Shown here in pieces: positions 11,465-29,747 of a DNA stretch of 64,000 nt. The translations under genes were made by a program, and so were the position numbers. The notes beneath the pieces were generated by a model that was given only the letters and a program-made list of their open reading frames with translations, made no database searches and had not been told where the DNA came from. How positions within the stretch are numbered: position 1 is the first letter of the stretch; each line of letters starts with the position of its first letter. This DNA is from Basidiobolus meristosporus CBS 931.73 (lineage: Eukaryota; Fungi; Basidiobolomycota): positions 163,862-227,861 of the forward strand of contig MCFE01000028.1 in NCBI GenBank assembly GCA_002104905.1, read 5' to 3'.

Positions 11465-12341
11465 TCACTGATGCTTGGACTTCTTCTTGGCGCTCTTCTC
11501 TTTCTTGGGCTTCTTGGATTTTTGGGGAGTCGAAGGTGTACTCTCAACCTCGGCAATCTCCCTCTTCTCCCCTAAAACGCGGGTCAGTATTGAGGTTGAC
11601 GCCGTGCGAAATGGATGGCATTCCTACCTGTGTCGAAGCCATAGGGTTTGAATCGCATTTTAAGTCCTTCGGGGTGGGCGCGTGGGACGTATTCACGGTC
11701 ACGAATGGTGGTGGCAACTTCGGTCGAGTCAGGGATATCGACTTTCTGAACGAGATTGAGCTTGCGAGCGAACTTGGTAGGGGCTAATCAACAATAAATC
11801 TTGCTTGAGAACCCAGTATTCCACTGCCAATGCGACTTCCTAACGATCCTTACCGCTAGTGTACTTGCTTCCCTTGGCACCGTTAGGCAACAGACAGTAC
11901 ATGGCGTCCATCTCTTGACCGCCTCTGGAGTTGGATTTTTCGTTATCCTCCAGGACTTCAAAGAGCTCGTATTCCCGCTCGGCAGCAGCCTTCAAACTGC
12001 CGATTTTCTTCTCCTTCCCTTCGGGGAGTTTGATCTTAAGGCCGTTCAGTTGCTCTGCAGAAATCTTTCGAGAAGTCAATCGGACTAAATCACTTGAACT
12101 ACCGAGAAGTACCCTTCAAACTTACATCGAGTGGAACACGAATCAACCACAGTTCTTTGTCGTCGCCGATCTCTGACAGTTGGAACGGGGTTTCCTGGGT
12201 GAATTTGGCCAAGGCGAAATCTTCGGGTGGTTGATATTCCCTAGGAAGCAATTCACGTTGGTTTAGTCAAGTTTCTAGCCTCCAGGGCTGGCCGACAAAC
12301 GGGTGCCGGACACCGGCCCGAACTTGGGGAAATGCTTACAT
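11465..12341 (-). CDS. RPA34: RNA polymerase I subunit A34.5-like
   Basis: Exons give EYQPPEDF...KELWLIRVPLD, LNGLKIKL, HPEGLKMRFKPYGFDT and a Lys-rich tail (KSKKPKKEKSAKKKSKHQ*). Confidence 0.75.
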
Positions 12342-12734
12342 GTTGTCTAGTGGACCTTCTCTATCTGGAGTACTTGGGGAAATAAAACAAAAATAAAAAG
12401 GTTACCCACATATTTGGGAATGGTACGAATTTGTTGGTTAAGCAGGGTTTTTTTCATCCCGATTTTTTTTTCTTACACATTCAGTCACAAAAGTCGTCTA
12501 AGTTATGCAAATTGCCGAATGGTCGAGTGTTGCTTGGTAGCGAAACATTTATGTGGTCTTTGGGTGGAGTTCTAGTTGGAACCTATTGTATGTATGGGTC
12601 ATTATGGCGGTAGGAGAGACTTATGTAAGTGTGAGGAAACCAAGAAAAATAGGACAATAATTGAACAGGTGAATGATGTGGTTACAAAAAGTGCACTGAG
12701 GTCACAAATATGATAGGGAGAAGCGCATCACGGC

Positions 12735-14974
<2,240 letters not shown>

Positions 14975-15358
14975 TGCTAAGGCCAACTAATCAAAAAGAA
15001 ACTTCACGCCAGCAAGCAAAATAAACCGAAAAGAAAAGTATGTTGTGCAGATGGAAGCTGTGGGAACCGAACGTCGCGCTGAACAGTAGACACTTGTGTA
15101 AAGTGAACCAAACTCTATGAAATCCATTTATCATAGGTGACAATATAAGCCAAAATCAGGGAATCGGAAGATTCGCCTGGTTTGCGCACCCAGAGTACAA
15201 ATTTTGTGGCAACCATATCTCCCACTCCTGACTCCCAACCTGTCCAGATCCCAGTAGGTTCAAAAAGGAAAAAAAGTCGCATTCCAGTTTCAAAAAAAAA
15301 AAAATTCCCTGAAAATAATAAAGTGGTATCGGTGTTCGATTGAGGATTTCCCTTGTGA

Positions 15359-16677
<1,319 letters not shown>

Positions 16678-16919
16678 TGCTTTATTTACTTTGTTGAGTT
16701 TGATTGTTCCTCCTCTCAACCCACTGTATTAATTGTAAATAAACGACCTACCCTTTGCTATGTTAGACCAGGTTGATTGCTTGAAAGGGGGTCAGATTTC
16801 GATTATGATTAATTGCATCCCACCGATTGTGCGATTATGCGATTGAACGAATGGTCTATATAATTGGTGTGAATGGCGGTTACGATGGTGCTTCAGGAAT
16901 ACCTCTTTCCCTCAGAACA

Positions 16920-17801
16920 ATGGAGTTGCCGCTGATTCAATATAAACGCTCAGAATACATCGAGACGGTATGCTAAGACGTGATTCCCTCCAATTACCCT
17001 CCCGCCACGTATTTACTGATGATGCGCAACGTAGGATACTGGAAATAAAGTCAGCCGAAAGTCGGTTATCTGTGGCAGTCAAAATATTATTCTTGGAGGA
17101 AAAGTAGGAATGCTTTGGGGATAGCAGAATCCCGAATCCAAACTATGTACTAAGATGACAACTGACCTAGACAATCATCCAAACAAACTGCGTGATTCGC
17201 GGTGATCTAAGGAGAACCGGCGGTGGCCACGCGGTGGTAGTAGCCATCGGGAGATACTGCCTGCTTTCCCAAGGCTCGGTCATCCGTCCTCCTTATAAGA
17301 CATACAAAGGGTACGAAGCGGTGTACATTGTATTTGGTGGTGCAATATCTTAGCGTTTGAAAACCACAGGATTTTCAGCTACTATCCGATGAAGATTGGT
17401 GACCACGTATCTATCGGCGAAGGCAGCATTATCGAAGCAGCAACCATTGGATCCTACGTACACATTGGCAAGAACTGTATAATTGTAAATATACGTAATC
17501 AAGGCAACCGTGTATGCTATCCATCCACTGACCAGAATGGCTGCCATTCTAGGGACGCTTTGCCATCATCAAGGATTGCTGCAAGATAGAGGATAACACG
17601 GTGATTCCGCCCAACACCGTGGTTCCCTCGTTTTCTGTCTATTCCGGATCGCCAGGTTTGTGGACCATCTTTGATGTGGGGGCAACCTTAGGCTAACGGG
17701 CCATTTTAGGAGTATTTGTTGACGAGCTGCCGGAGTCCACTCAAGAGATGTTTGAGGCCCGAACCAAAGATTATTACTCAAAGTTTACTCCAGGAGAATA
17801 G
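16920..17801 (+). CDS. DCTN5: Dynactin subunit p25
   Basis: Exons: [32 protein letters not shown]...[38 protein letters not shown]. Confidence 0.9.
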
Positions 17802-18167
17802 GCGGAGGGAATGGTCTGTGAAATCCCTCGTTGCTTTCTGCGAGGCGGAGGATGTTCTTGTAATCTACCTAATTTTAATCACTATATTCTGGAATAAAGC
17901 GCCTTGCTTATATTGCCAAATTGGCCAACCCAACGAAAAACAAACCATCCTCGAACACCCGAGTCATAGAGCATCTGAAAAAATTCGACACTTGCGATTG
18001 GTAGAGCAGATTTCTACAAATTGCCACATGTCAGATTGTGTGCCTTCCTCTTTTCTGCATTCTCATCCGTTTCCTCACGAGTGGTTAGTATCTGAGCAGC
18101 ATTCAGTTGAATCCATCAAACAACGAATACTTACTTACACCTTACTTCGCAGGGATAGTATTTCAAA

Positions 18168-18737
18168 ATGAAGGATATCTACAAGGAAGAAGAACTCACC
18201 ATCCCTGAGGGCGTTACTGTTGACGTCAAGGCCAGAGTTGTCCGTGTCAAGGGTCCCCGTGGTACTCTCAGCAAGGACTTCCACCATGTCAACATGGATA
18301 TCAAGAAGATCAGCGCCACCAAGATCCGCCTTGTTATCTGGCACGGTGCCCGCAAGCATGTTGCTTGCCTTCGTACTATTCGCTCCCTCATCCAAAACAT
18401 GATCACCGGTGTTACCAAGGGATTCCTTTACAAGATGCGCTTTGTATATGCCCATTTCCCCATCAACGTTAACATCACTGATGACGGTAAATTCGTCGAA
18501 ATCCGTAACTTCTTGGGTGAGAAGGTTATCCGCAAGGTTCAAATGCTTGAGGGTGTTACCATCCAGCACTCCGAGAGCCAAAAGGACGAGATCATCCTCC
18601 AAGGTAACTCTCTCGAGAACGTCTCTCAATCCGCCGCTTCTATCCAGCAATCTACCCTTGCCAAGAACAAGGATATCCGTAAGTTCTTGGATGGTATCTA
18701 CGTTTCTGAGAAGACCAACGTCGTTCTCGAGGACTAA
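18168..18737 (+). CDS. RPL9: 60S ribosomal protein L9 (uL6)
   Basis: Complete 189-aa ORF with [18 protein letters not shown] and [15 protein letters not shown]. Confidence 0.97.
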   Translation: MKDIYKEEELTIPEGVTVDVKARVVRVKGPRGTLSKDFHHVNMDIKKISATKIRLVIWHGARKHVACLRTIRSLIQNMITGVTKGFLYKMRFVYAHFPINVNITDDGKFVEIRNFLGEKVIRKVQMLEGVTIQHSESQKDEIILQGNSLENVSQSAASIQQSTLAKNKDIRKFLDGIYVSEKTNVVLED

Positions 18738-18987
18738 ACCCAATATTAGAGTGAAGTTTGGAAACTATCATTTGGTACTCCTGATGAAAAATAATCACAT
18801 CCTTCCTTTATAAATATACAACTCATTGAATAAACTAGTATGAGTGAATGTCACATCGTTTGTCCAATCAGAACCCGGGCTGAGTCTACATATGGTGACT
18901 CTTTTGGGTGATGTCAATGCTATTCGTCATGGATTGTTTATATTCTGGTGGCCTTATTGTTGTTTCTTGGTTGCCTTTCCCTTCGAC

Positions 18988-21356
18988 ATGGCTGAAGATA
19001 TACCTACCCAGAGCAACTTCGACCCGCTAAGCAGGGTCAATACTACCACCACACTAAGTTTCCTTAGGTATCACAGGGATCAGTTGGCTGGGAAGCCGGT
19101 GAATTATTATGCTGACTATGTTCTAGTCTTCAAGTATAACACTCCAGCCTCGAAAGCCACCTCAGAAGAGCGTCAGAAAGATGAGCAGCAAGCAATCTTA
19201 AGCTTTGAAAAGCTTACTACCAAACTTCGTAAAGCTGGTTTGGAATTCGAAGCCAGAAAAGGATCTTCGGGGAAACTTCTGCTGTTTATTATGTGTCCGG
19301 TGGCAAGAGTGAAGCAGGAGCTTGAAAACTCTAGGTACTTTATCATGTATGTCGGTATCATGGTGATCCCTTTCTTATCCTTTTGTTCCATAGAGTCCAA
19401 GATTGGCTTTCAGGCGTTAGTGTGTCGCCTGTTGAAAGAGGTGGTAGTATTGCTCGTTCTCTCAGCGAAAAAAGCGCTGATCTTACCGATTCCGAGCGCC
19501 TTCGCTTGGTCCATCGTATTATAGTGGGCGCTGAAGAGGACGGGTGTGCTGGGCTTGATCCTGAAAGTGTAGACGAAGTTGATGCGTTATTTCCCATTCA
19601 TGATCGCAAGTATAACAAGGTAGCTTATACATAGTATACATTGAGATGAATCTTCCACTAGACAATATTGGCTTGAACTTTCAGAAATGGCTTAAAAAAT
19701 GGTCTACATCATGGCGAATCAAACAGGACGACTTACAGGACTTACGAAACCATTTCGGTGAAACGGTACTCTTACTTTCCCTGTTGTTGTGTGATCAAAC
19801 CATTGACAATTTATCGTGCACTTCAGATTGCTTTTTATTTCGAATTTCTCCAGTACTATTTCTTCTCGTTGGCTATTCCAACCGCCGCCGGCATGCTTGC
19901 TTACTTCATGAACGGTGAATTCTCCATCGTGTTCTCTGCTTTTACTGTTGGTTGGGGAGTCGTGTTTTTGGAGTTATGGAAACGACGTGAACGTGAATTG
20001 GCCATTTGGTGGAATGTTAGAAACTGCTCCAAAGTAGAGCAGCGTAGATCAGCATACGTCCCTTCTAGCACCGTGCGGGACTCAATCACCGGCGAGACTA
20101 TTTATTACACTCCTCTATGGGAGTCGTGGGGCAAAAGAGCAGCTACCATCCCCGTTATTATCTTGGGAGGACTGTTGTTTTCATTGGTAGTTGGTATAGT
20201 TTTTGCTGTGGAGGTATTCCTTAACGAGCTTTATCAAGGACCATTCCACGAGTACTTGGTCCTGTTCCCAGTCATACTTTATTCTGCCAGTATCCCATAT
20301 CTCAGCCAAGTGTATACGGATTTGGCGCGCAAACTCAACGACTTCGAAAACCACGAAACCGACTCTGAGTATAATGCCTTTTTAACCTACAAAGTGTGCT
20401 TGGTGAACTTCCTGGTTGGATTTCTGTCAATCTTCTTGGTCGCGTGGGTGTACATCCCCCAAAAGGAGAGGTTAGAACAACTGATTGTTAGCACCTCTTC
20501 CATCAAAACTGTCCACAGCAGCGTTGGACCGGAGAGACTCCAGGCACAACTTATGTACTTCGTGTTGACTGCTCAGGCGATCAGCTTTGCTACAGAAGTG
20601 ATAGTCCCCATAGCAACCAGATATGCAGCCACCAAGGCCCAGAGCATCAAGGAGAAAGTCATCAAAACGTCTACTAGCGAAGAACAAGATGAGTTTGTCC
20701 GTGAAGACGAAAAAGATTTTATCAGCAGAATCATCTCAGAAAGCAAACTACCACAATACGATGTTTATGAGGATTATGCTGAGATGGTCACCCAGTTTGG
20801 CTACGTTACCCTGTTCTCCACCATTTGGACTTTAACCCCACTAGCCGCATTTGTTAACAACTGGGTTGAGATGAGATCAGACGCAGCCAAAATATGTATC
20901 AATACCAGGCGCCCCATTCCCAGCCGAACGGATACCATCGGCCCATGGCTAGATAATCTAAGCATACTCACCTGGTTATCGTCGTTGACTAACACTGTTC
21001 TCGTTTACCAATTCCGCCATTGGAATCAGCAAGTGAACCATGACTCGTACTCGTACACCCATCGAGTGATCTACGGGATTGTAATTGCAGTATTGGCGGA
21101 GCACACTTTCTTCCTGTTTAGACATTTTATTAGAGTTGTCGTGAAATCGGTTCCCAGTTGGGTCGACGAAATAGTCCGGAAAGAGGAATACGAAATGAAG
21201 CAAGAGATCCTGAAGTCTAGTCAAACTGCCGTCAACCAAGCAGGTGCAAGTCAGGTCGCCGCTGAGGCTAACACCGAAACCCCTGTTCCATATGGTTTCC
21301 AACAAGCAGTGGATATTGGCATTTCCGAGATCCAAGGTTCCTTCAAGAATTCTTGA
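18988..21356 (+). CDS. Anoctamin/TMEM16 channel-scramblase
   Basis: LRNHFGE, IAFYFEFLQYY, ENHETDSEY, YDVYEDYAEMVTQFGY, NNWVEMRSDAAKI...RPIPSRTDTIGPW. Confidence 0.92.
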
Positions 21357-21753
21357 AACAACAACTACCTCAATTTGCTTCCTACAATAAAGCCTTACAA
21401 ATGCTCCTCTCAGGGCTTTTGAAAATCAGACAAATGAATATGCTGGGTAAAGCTCATGGTTTCCTCTCCCTCATATGGATGTCGCCACCTTTGAGTTGTC
21501 AATGATGAATGATTGATTTTGGATTAATATACATATATGTAGTTTTGATATTGACTACATACACTAGATGATATTCAACCTTCCGCAATATGCTCAACAA
21601 ATCATCATTTCCGGAGGGAAAAATTTGTCCTACAAATGGAGAAGTGGAATAATTCTCGGTTCAAGTTAATTAGAATAATTTCTGGTGAGTAATCAAGGAG
21701 CATCTTTGTGGTATTCTTTACATTGGAGTGCTTCCTACATCGTGTTTCACACC

Positions 21754-24675
21754 ATGAACCAATTCCAAAGTACCCGCCAGCTACTAAGAGGGGCATCCCG
21801 TCTTACTAGTAGAAGTCTTGGGTCTCTAAATCGGACTTTCCCCTCTCGGTTGCCCACAAAACTCTCCTTGGAAACCAGATATTCGAAGTTCCATTCTTTG
21901 TCGAGACAATTCTCAAAGCCTACTATACCCATAGAGCCTATATGTGTTCCGATCCCCGACATTTCAAAGACTAGTGAGAGTAAGCCTTACGAAAAGGAAG
22001 AAGGTCAGCGTCAAGTGTTCTCCAACTCCGCCCCGGACGACAAACCAAATGAAGGGAACGATCCACACGATGCTAATTCTCGGACTAGGGGTCGTCGTAC
22101 CCGTAAAATTAAAGACAAAAAAGCCAGCGGAGAATACACTCCGAGCATTCCTTCAGATTTCGTTCAGTTGAGGTATAAAAGCTTGGACAAGAATGAGTCC
22201 GATTTCTCAACCCTGTTGTATCCATTATCGGAAACCGTGAAGCAGGAAATGATTCTTGCTATTCAAGCTGCGTTGATACCTTCGCCTCAAGACTCTTCCG
22301 CTCAGGGACGCCGCAGTAATATTTTACTCGAATGCTCAGCTCCTGGGGCTTCAACTTACCTTGATGGTCTGGTTGAATGCTCTGCAAAAGAGCTCGGAGC
22401 AGATGTCCTCTCCTTTGATATCCACGATTTGATGGTCATGACTAATGACATATTTTCACGTACTAATGGTTCGTCGAATTCATTTTTCATTTATTGCCAG
22501 CTGTCACTTGTTCTAATACTTTGTATGTATAGTTAACCCTTGGCCAATCTTTCCCAGTAATTCCTCGATGATGTCTTCTTTTCCTGGCTCCCCATACGTC
22601 TCTAGTGATTCGTATGGACAAGATGATGATGAGGATGATGATATGGATGACGAAGACGATGGCTGGCAAGACAACGGTAAGCCAGGCGTACTAGTTATGG
22701 GCCAAGGTGAACCGTTTGGATCGATCGGCGAAGCATACAAGCAGAAATTAGAAGAGAAATTCGACCGTTTCTTTACCTCTTTGCTTTCGACCCCAGCCAA
22801 TGTAGCTGGTGAATCTAGACCATTGATTGTTCATTTCAAGGATTTTTCACATCTCGGAAACTCCCGGTTTTCTGTCATCGTCTTGAAATCTCTGATGGAA
22901 GTTGCACAGAAGGAGCGCCAGAAAGGACGACGCATAGTAGTTGTTGGTGGAGTAACACCGTCACTTTTGAACCCAATACCCGATGCAAAGAATCAATTGG
23001 TTCAAGACATCTCCTCTGTGGTGATGCAGCTGGTAGAGCGCGCGTCATATATTCCTAATTTCTACCAGATATCAATACCCACCCCGGAGGTCCCAAAGGC
23101 CTTAGGGGATGCGGAAAGCGGAAAGGATGACCACAAGTGGAAGCAAGAGCATCAAAGCGATAGAGAAAGATCCATTCATGAAATCAACATCAAGAACATA
23201 ATCAGTCTGTGCATCCGCAAAGGTGCCTCGTTGAATTACTATGACTATCAAAATTTCGGGGAGAACCTTTGGGATTTGGACGGTATTCGCCAGGAGGTTT
23301 GGAGCTTTGAGAAGGTTCACAGATTGACCACAGTAGCTATCGGCAGGGCTAGTATCGATCAACAAGATGCTGAAGTCAGCAATGTCCAATTGGAGCTGAG
23401 CCACTTCCAACAGGCTCTACAAGTTGTGAACACCAACCTTGGGCTTCGACCTGATAGCCTTACTGGCAGACTACAAAAAGAAAGTGAAGTGAACGACCCA
23501 TTCCGAAAGAACATATCCAAAGAGGACTGCAACTCCTATGAGAAGCGTATGCTTAGCTGTGTAGTAGATGCGCAATCCATTACCTCTGGATTCTCGGATA
23601 TTTGTACGAACTCGTCAACCATTCAAACTCTGCAGACATTGATTACTCTTCCATTGTTGCGGCCTCACCTCTTTGCCAGAGGTGTCTTAGCTCGACACTA
23701 TATTTCTGGACTCCTGCTCTTTGGTCCTCCTGGTACCGGTAAGACATTGCTTGCGAAAGCTGTAGCCAAGGAAAGCGGAAGCAACGTGTTGGAGATCAAG
23801 GGAAGCGATGTGTACAATAAGTATGTAGGGGAGGGAGAAAAGAACGTGAAGGTAGGATCTGCACTTTTTTGCAAAGCATAGGAACATACTGACTGAAGCC
23901 CCTTTTACAGGCCATTTTCTCCTTAGCGCGCAAACTATCACCATGTGTAGTATTTATCGACGAGGTTGATGCGCTCTTTTCTTCCCGCAGGAGTGATTCG
24001 AATGGCTCAGGAAAACGCGAGATCATCAATCAATTCATGGTCGAATGGGACGGACTGACTTCCAAAAACTCGGGAGTAATCATCATGGCAGCCACCAACA
24101 GACCATTTGACTTGGATGACGCAGTACTTCGAAGAATGCCTCGTAGAATTCTTGGTATGGTGTGGTCATTACAGATGATTTAGTTTCATTTCTAATCTAG
24201 TCGCTGTTTAGTCGACCTTCCCCAGCAGAAAGAACGTGAACAAATCCTTAAACTTCACTTGCGTGAAGAAACGTTGGATCCTTCGGTAGATATCAGTAAA
24301 ATTGCCCAGCAAACCTCGCTCTACTCAGGATCGGATTTGAAGAATGTATGCATCAGCGCGGCGTTGAACGCAGTGAAAGACTCTATCGCAAAGGAGATTA
24401 GCGCCAAACATTCGATAGACCCTAGCAAGCCCCTGGATTTATCTCTGTTGAGCAAATCTGATTTCTCGGAGGAAATCCAGCGGCCACTTTCACAAGCCGA
24501 CTTCGACAACGCTTTACTCCAAGTGGCTCCAAGTTGCTCGGACGAAATGCAGAGTGTGTTGGAATTACGCAAATGGGACAAGACCTATGGGGACGGCGCC
24601 AAGGCCCGAAACAAGAAGGCAAGCTATGGCTTCGGGATGGCTGACATACCTCTCGTCGCAGCTCAACAGAACTAA
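21754..24675 (+). CDS. Large AAA+ ATPase (Msp1/ATAD1-related long form), probable mitochondrial presequence
   Basis: Arg/Ser-rich N-terminus; degenerate first AAA module; intact [17 protein letters not shown] and [19 protein letters not shown]. Confidence 0.88.
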
Positions 24676-25015
24676 AAGACCCCGCTGGGGCCAACAGCTT
24701 TTTATATGATATGTGTCGACACATTCTGCATACACACCAACCATGCATATTAGGAATTGACTCACAAAATGTCCTATAGATACATCAATTGCTAATATTC
24801 TTCTCTGCATTCTATTTCACAATTTACACCGACATTCCTTCGAATTAACCATATGATCGTATTAAAATTGAACCCTCCGTGTACTTTTGAATGTGTTGAA
24901 TATGTACCAGTGCCCAACCATTGGTCTAATCCATCCCATCCAGAGAATAGGAAAATAAAGATGTGATTGCTTTAATCCATTGTATATATCTACATGAAGT
25001 GGGTGTGCGCCGATA

Positions 25016-25909
25016 TCACGTAAAGTATTTCAAGGGTAGGCTCAAGCCGACCGATGGCCCTATAAGGTTGATGTACATTGGGATATAGTCTTCAACCAGC
25101 AGCTCCTCCCCAGCAACTTCCCTCATGACATTGGCAGTCTCGCAAGGATGCAGCCTATAGAACGGAGTCCTCAAGATCGGATGCTCCTGAATATGCGGAG
25201 TTCAGCCAACTATATACTACGATAGATTCCGTTTGCTTACCATACAAGTCAAACCGCCGCCGAACTCGACCTTTCGAAGGTCATCTCGCAAATGGACGGA
25301 GGTCAACTGAAGGATTTGAGAATCCATCAAGTAACTTCCCTCTAAATGGTAGTTAGCACTAGAATGGGACGACAGCAGACCTCAGATAAGATACCATCGT
25401 TCCAACCACGCACAAATATCTCTGGAACTTGGTATGCTGCCGAGTACAATATATTGTATTCCAGGTTCCAGCGTGATTTCCCCTCTTCGCTATTCGCCAC
25501 TGTGTGTCGCGCGTTAGTGTTGACTTTGATGAACAACGCGCCGAGTCCCGTCACCTACCAAAGCAGCCTGCGTCTTCCTCCTCCAACTCCAACTCGGGAA
25601 ACTCGGCCAACTCCTGGCTGGCGACTTCGGAAGGGATGCACACGGATTTCCGATGCTCCAAGTAGCCGATCTTTACATACGGTTCCTGGCACGGGACTGG
25701 AGTAAGTAAGCGGGAATTGGGAAAGCAGTGGGGTTCTTCAAAAGTATTGGTGACAGGCCCCGCACTGGAACAGTGGAGAAAAGGGGCAGGGGATTGTAGA
25801 TACTCACACTTTGCTCTCTCCATCTCCAAGAACCATCACCTAGCTTCTTCGAACAAGCCAGGAATTCCTTGCAGGCAAGCTCGAATTGGCACCTGGTTAG
25901 AGCGATCAT
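25016..25909 (-). CDS. ATG10: Autophagy E2-like enzyme Atg10
   Basis: LTRCQFELACKEFL...WRW, LEYNILYSAAYQVPEIF, EHPILRTPFYRLHPCET (catalytic HPC), IGPSVGL. Confidence 0.85.
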
Positions 25910-26154
25910 GCAGGCCAAATGCCGGCCAATCGGCCCATATAGACCAAGACCAAAATCCCGGGTGAACTGACTGCATATCCTGGCCAAGAATCAGTTTATT
26001 AATACTTCTTGATATTATAAGAATGATCATGCATGGGTCAATATCGTAAACTGACATAAACTTAGAGAAACCAGGGGATGGAGCCGCAGCAGGTTGCCAC
26101 GAGACCCACAATGGTGGCTGATGGAAATGGAACAAAGCGAAAGTGGTGCGGGGT

Positions 26155-26198
26155 GGAGGGGAAAGGGAAGGGAAAGGGAAAGGGGAAGGGGAAGAGGA
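26155..26198 (+). repeat. 44-nt pure purine tract (GGGAA/GGGAAA units)
   Basis: GGAGGGGAAAGGGAAGGGAAAGGGAAAGGGGAAGGGGAAGAGGA. Confidence 0.9.
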
Positions 26199-26264
26199 TG
26201 AAAACTAAATGAGATGTGTCGAAGTGCAATAATATACAACTATTGTTGATCTTGGGCATGCTGG

Positions 26265-27329
26265 TTACAGAAGAGTTTCCCCGAGTGCGCTGCGGGAAAG
26301 AGAACAGCCAACGGCGACGGTTTGGTACAAACTGGCTTCATCGCCGAGGGCAGGGTTCACCTCGACAATATCGGTGGCCACAAGACAGCCGGTCTCGTAC
26401 AAGGCTTCGCAGATATAGTGACCCTCGCGGAAGGTCAACCCACCACGAACTGGAGTGCCGGTGCTGGGAGCAACGCTAGGGTCGAGGGCATCAACATCGA
26501 AGCTCAAATGAATGGGGCGGTCGAGGTTGGGGTTGACGTGTTCGAGAGCCTTCTTCACGACCTCTCCGATCCCGTACTTGTCCACCTCGTGCATCGAGAA
26601 GGCCTTGATGTTGTACTTCTTGAGGATCTCCTTCTCGGCGTCGTCGACGTCACGCAAACCGATGTAGACAAGACGATCGGTTGCGAGGGCAGGCTTGACC
26701 CACTCAAACTCTGGGGCCTCCGAGGCAATGCCTGTCACGAAGGACAAGGGGCAGCCATGCAAGTTACCAGTCTCAGTGGTCTCGGGTGTGTTGATATCCT
26801 GTCGTGGCAAGGGAATATAAGTAAGAGAAACGAAACAGTACTGCTTGACCGTAACCAACTTACAGCGTGAGCATCGACCCAGATAACGCAAGCATCAGGA
26901 TAGGCAGCCAGGGTACCCGAGACGGTTCCGATGCCAAGACTGTGATCGCCACCAAGAGTCAGAACGAAATGACCCTTCTTGGCTTGGGCCTCAACCACCT
27001 CGGACACTGCCTTGGTGACGCGAGATACATAGCGAGGGTTCTTCATGTTCCCGATATCAGGATCGGACTCGGGGCGCAAATGCTCAAAACTTCCAACCTC
27101 ACCCGAGAAATCCACACCCCAACCAAGCTCTTTGATCTGATCAATAATTCCAAATTCCAAAAGGCGAATCGGGCCCTCATCGACGCCATCCTTCGGCTGA
27201 AATCAATTGGGTTAGAGGGGGGTGTCCAGAGTACAGGGGGACCTCGGCCGAGCATACCTGACCACCGCTGAAGGGAACCGGGACGACGGCAACAGTTCTG
27301 GACTTCGAAACGAATTTATTCTCAATCAT
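26265..27329 (-). CDS. CAR1: Arginase
   Basis: PFSGGQ, LGGDHSLGIG, WVDAHADINTP, GNLHGCP, YIGLRDVD, SFDVDALDPSVAPSTGTPVRGG. Confidence 0.95.
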
Positions 27330-28650
27330 CTTGGGGAAGCGCAGAAAGTAAGAGTGAAAAAAAAGCCTCGATGGTTTTGGGAAACTCGAAGCTCGCTTTT
27401 AAGCGAAAACCATGGAGGGATGGATCTATACAAGGCCCAACTTCGTAACCAATAATAGCAATGTATCTTGGGCCCTTAAATGCCACATCAAGAAGTCCAC
27501 TGCAAAATTTTAGCCCTAGGGTCCAATTAGAATCCTCTTCTGCAGATTAGCAATGGTTATCAGATTGATTCTGAGCGACCGCCTAATAAGGAGGTTCGTT
27601 AAAACTCTGCTCTATTTAGTCGAGCAGGTACGATGTCTGTCGCGGCCTATCGTTTTAAACTTTCCCTCTATTCCAGTTCAGTGTTTGCTGATTAATCCAG
27701 GTGGCCGGGCGGACAGTGGAAAATTCTCCCACGAAGTTCCCCTGAAATCCTGTCATTTTTGGCCTAATAGGGCCATAGACATGGGTGGGTTGGGACTGGC
27801 GATCAGAGTGCTCACCTGTGAATTGCTTTTGGGCTTACTCGAAGGTGATGTAATCGAGGTACCGAGGATAAGCATGCAGCTGATGAATGCCACATGACGC
27901 TGAGGTCCAAGGGACACTATTCGGATCGAGTTTGTCGAGAAGCTATACTTGGTACCCAGCGATGGAATAGAGCCACATCCACATGCCGGGATGGTGGTAC
28001 AGAATTTCATATTCCCATGGTGTCTTGGGGGTGGGATTGGCCCGTTCCCGCGGATGGAAGATGTGACATACCATGGCAGTGCCCATTCGTTGCTTTCACC
28101 TCGAATTACCGCTTGTCAAGGTCATGGTTTGTTGATCAGTACTAGAAAAACCAATCTGATAACTCTGAATCCAAATGGAGAAAATCCAATATCTCGCATG
28201 TTGGTGCAACATTCCTTTGGATCCATCCCTCCCACTGTCCTACCAACAGCGCAGCGCGGTTAAGTTATGCCACCTGGCCTTGTTGATTAGTAAGTTGCGT
28301 AAACTGTTTGATGTTAGTAAGCTGCTTAAATCTCCCAATAGAGTTTGATTTCGTCTAGTCTAGAATGCTGACATAATTAGTCAAGCAGTGCATGCGATTC
28401 TTTAGCCCCTTTTATTAGCTGGCTTCAATCCAGCTAGACCCACATTGCAAGCTAAACAACCACCTTTTAGCGTCTTTTCGTAAGGTCGGCACTCCCCGTT
28501 CTTCTGGCTGCGCATTCGTATTTTAAACCGTGCTCTATTGAGGCCGTCAAGTCGTGTTTGATTCGGTTGGTTTATAGTGAGATATTGTAGATCCGCCTCT
28601 GTCGCTTGAAATTTTCGCCAACTAAAGAGCGCTCACACCCAGTTCCGAAA

Positions 28651-29747
<1,097 letters not shown>

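Noticed and set aside
18135-18743. 202-aa antisense ORF over RPL9
   Set aside because: Shadow ORF caused by strong codon bias of a highly expressed gene.
26322-27271. Plus-strand ORFs opposite arginase
   Set aside because: Antisense shadows of a codon-biased gene.
27620-28200. Possible small spliced minus-strand gene (TPWEYEILYHHPGMW...YPRYLDYITFEPKMTG)
   Set aside because: Needs a 39-nt intron and has no convincing first exon or known motif; RNA-seq would be needed.
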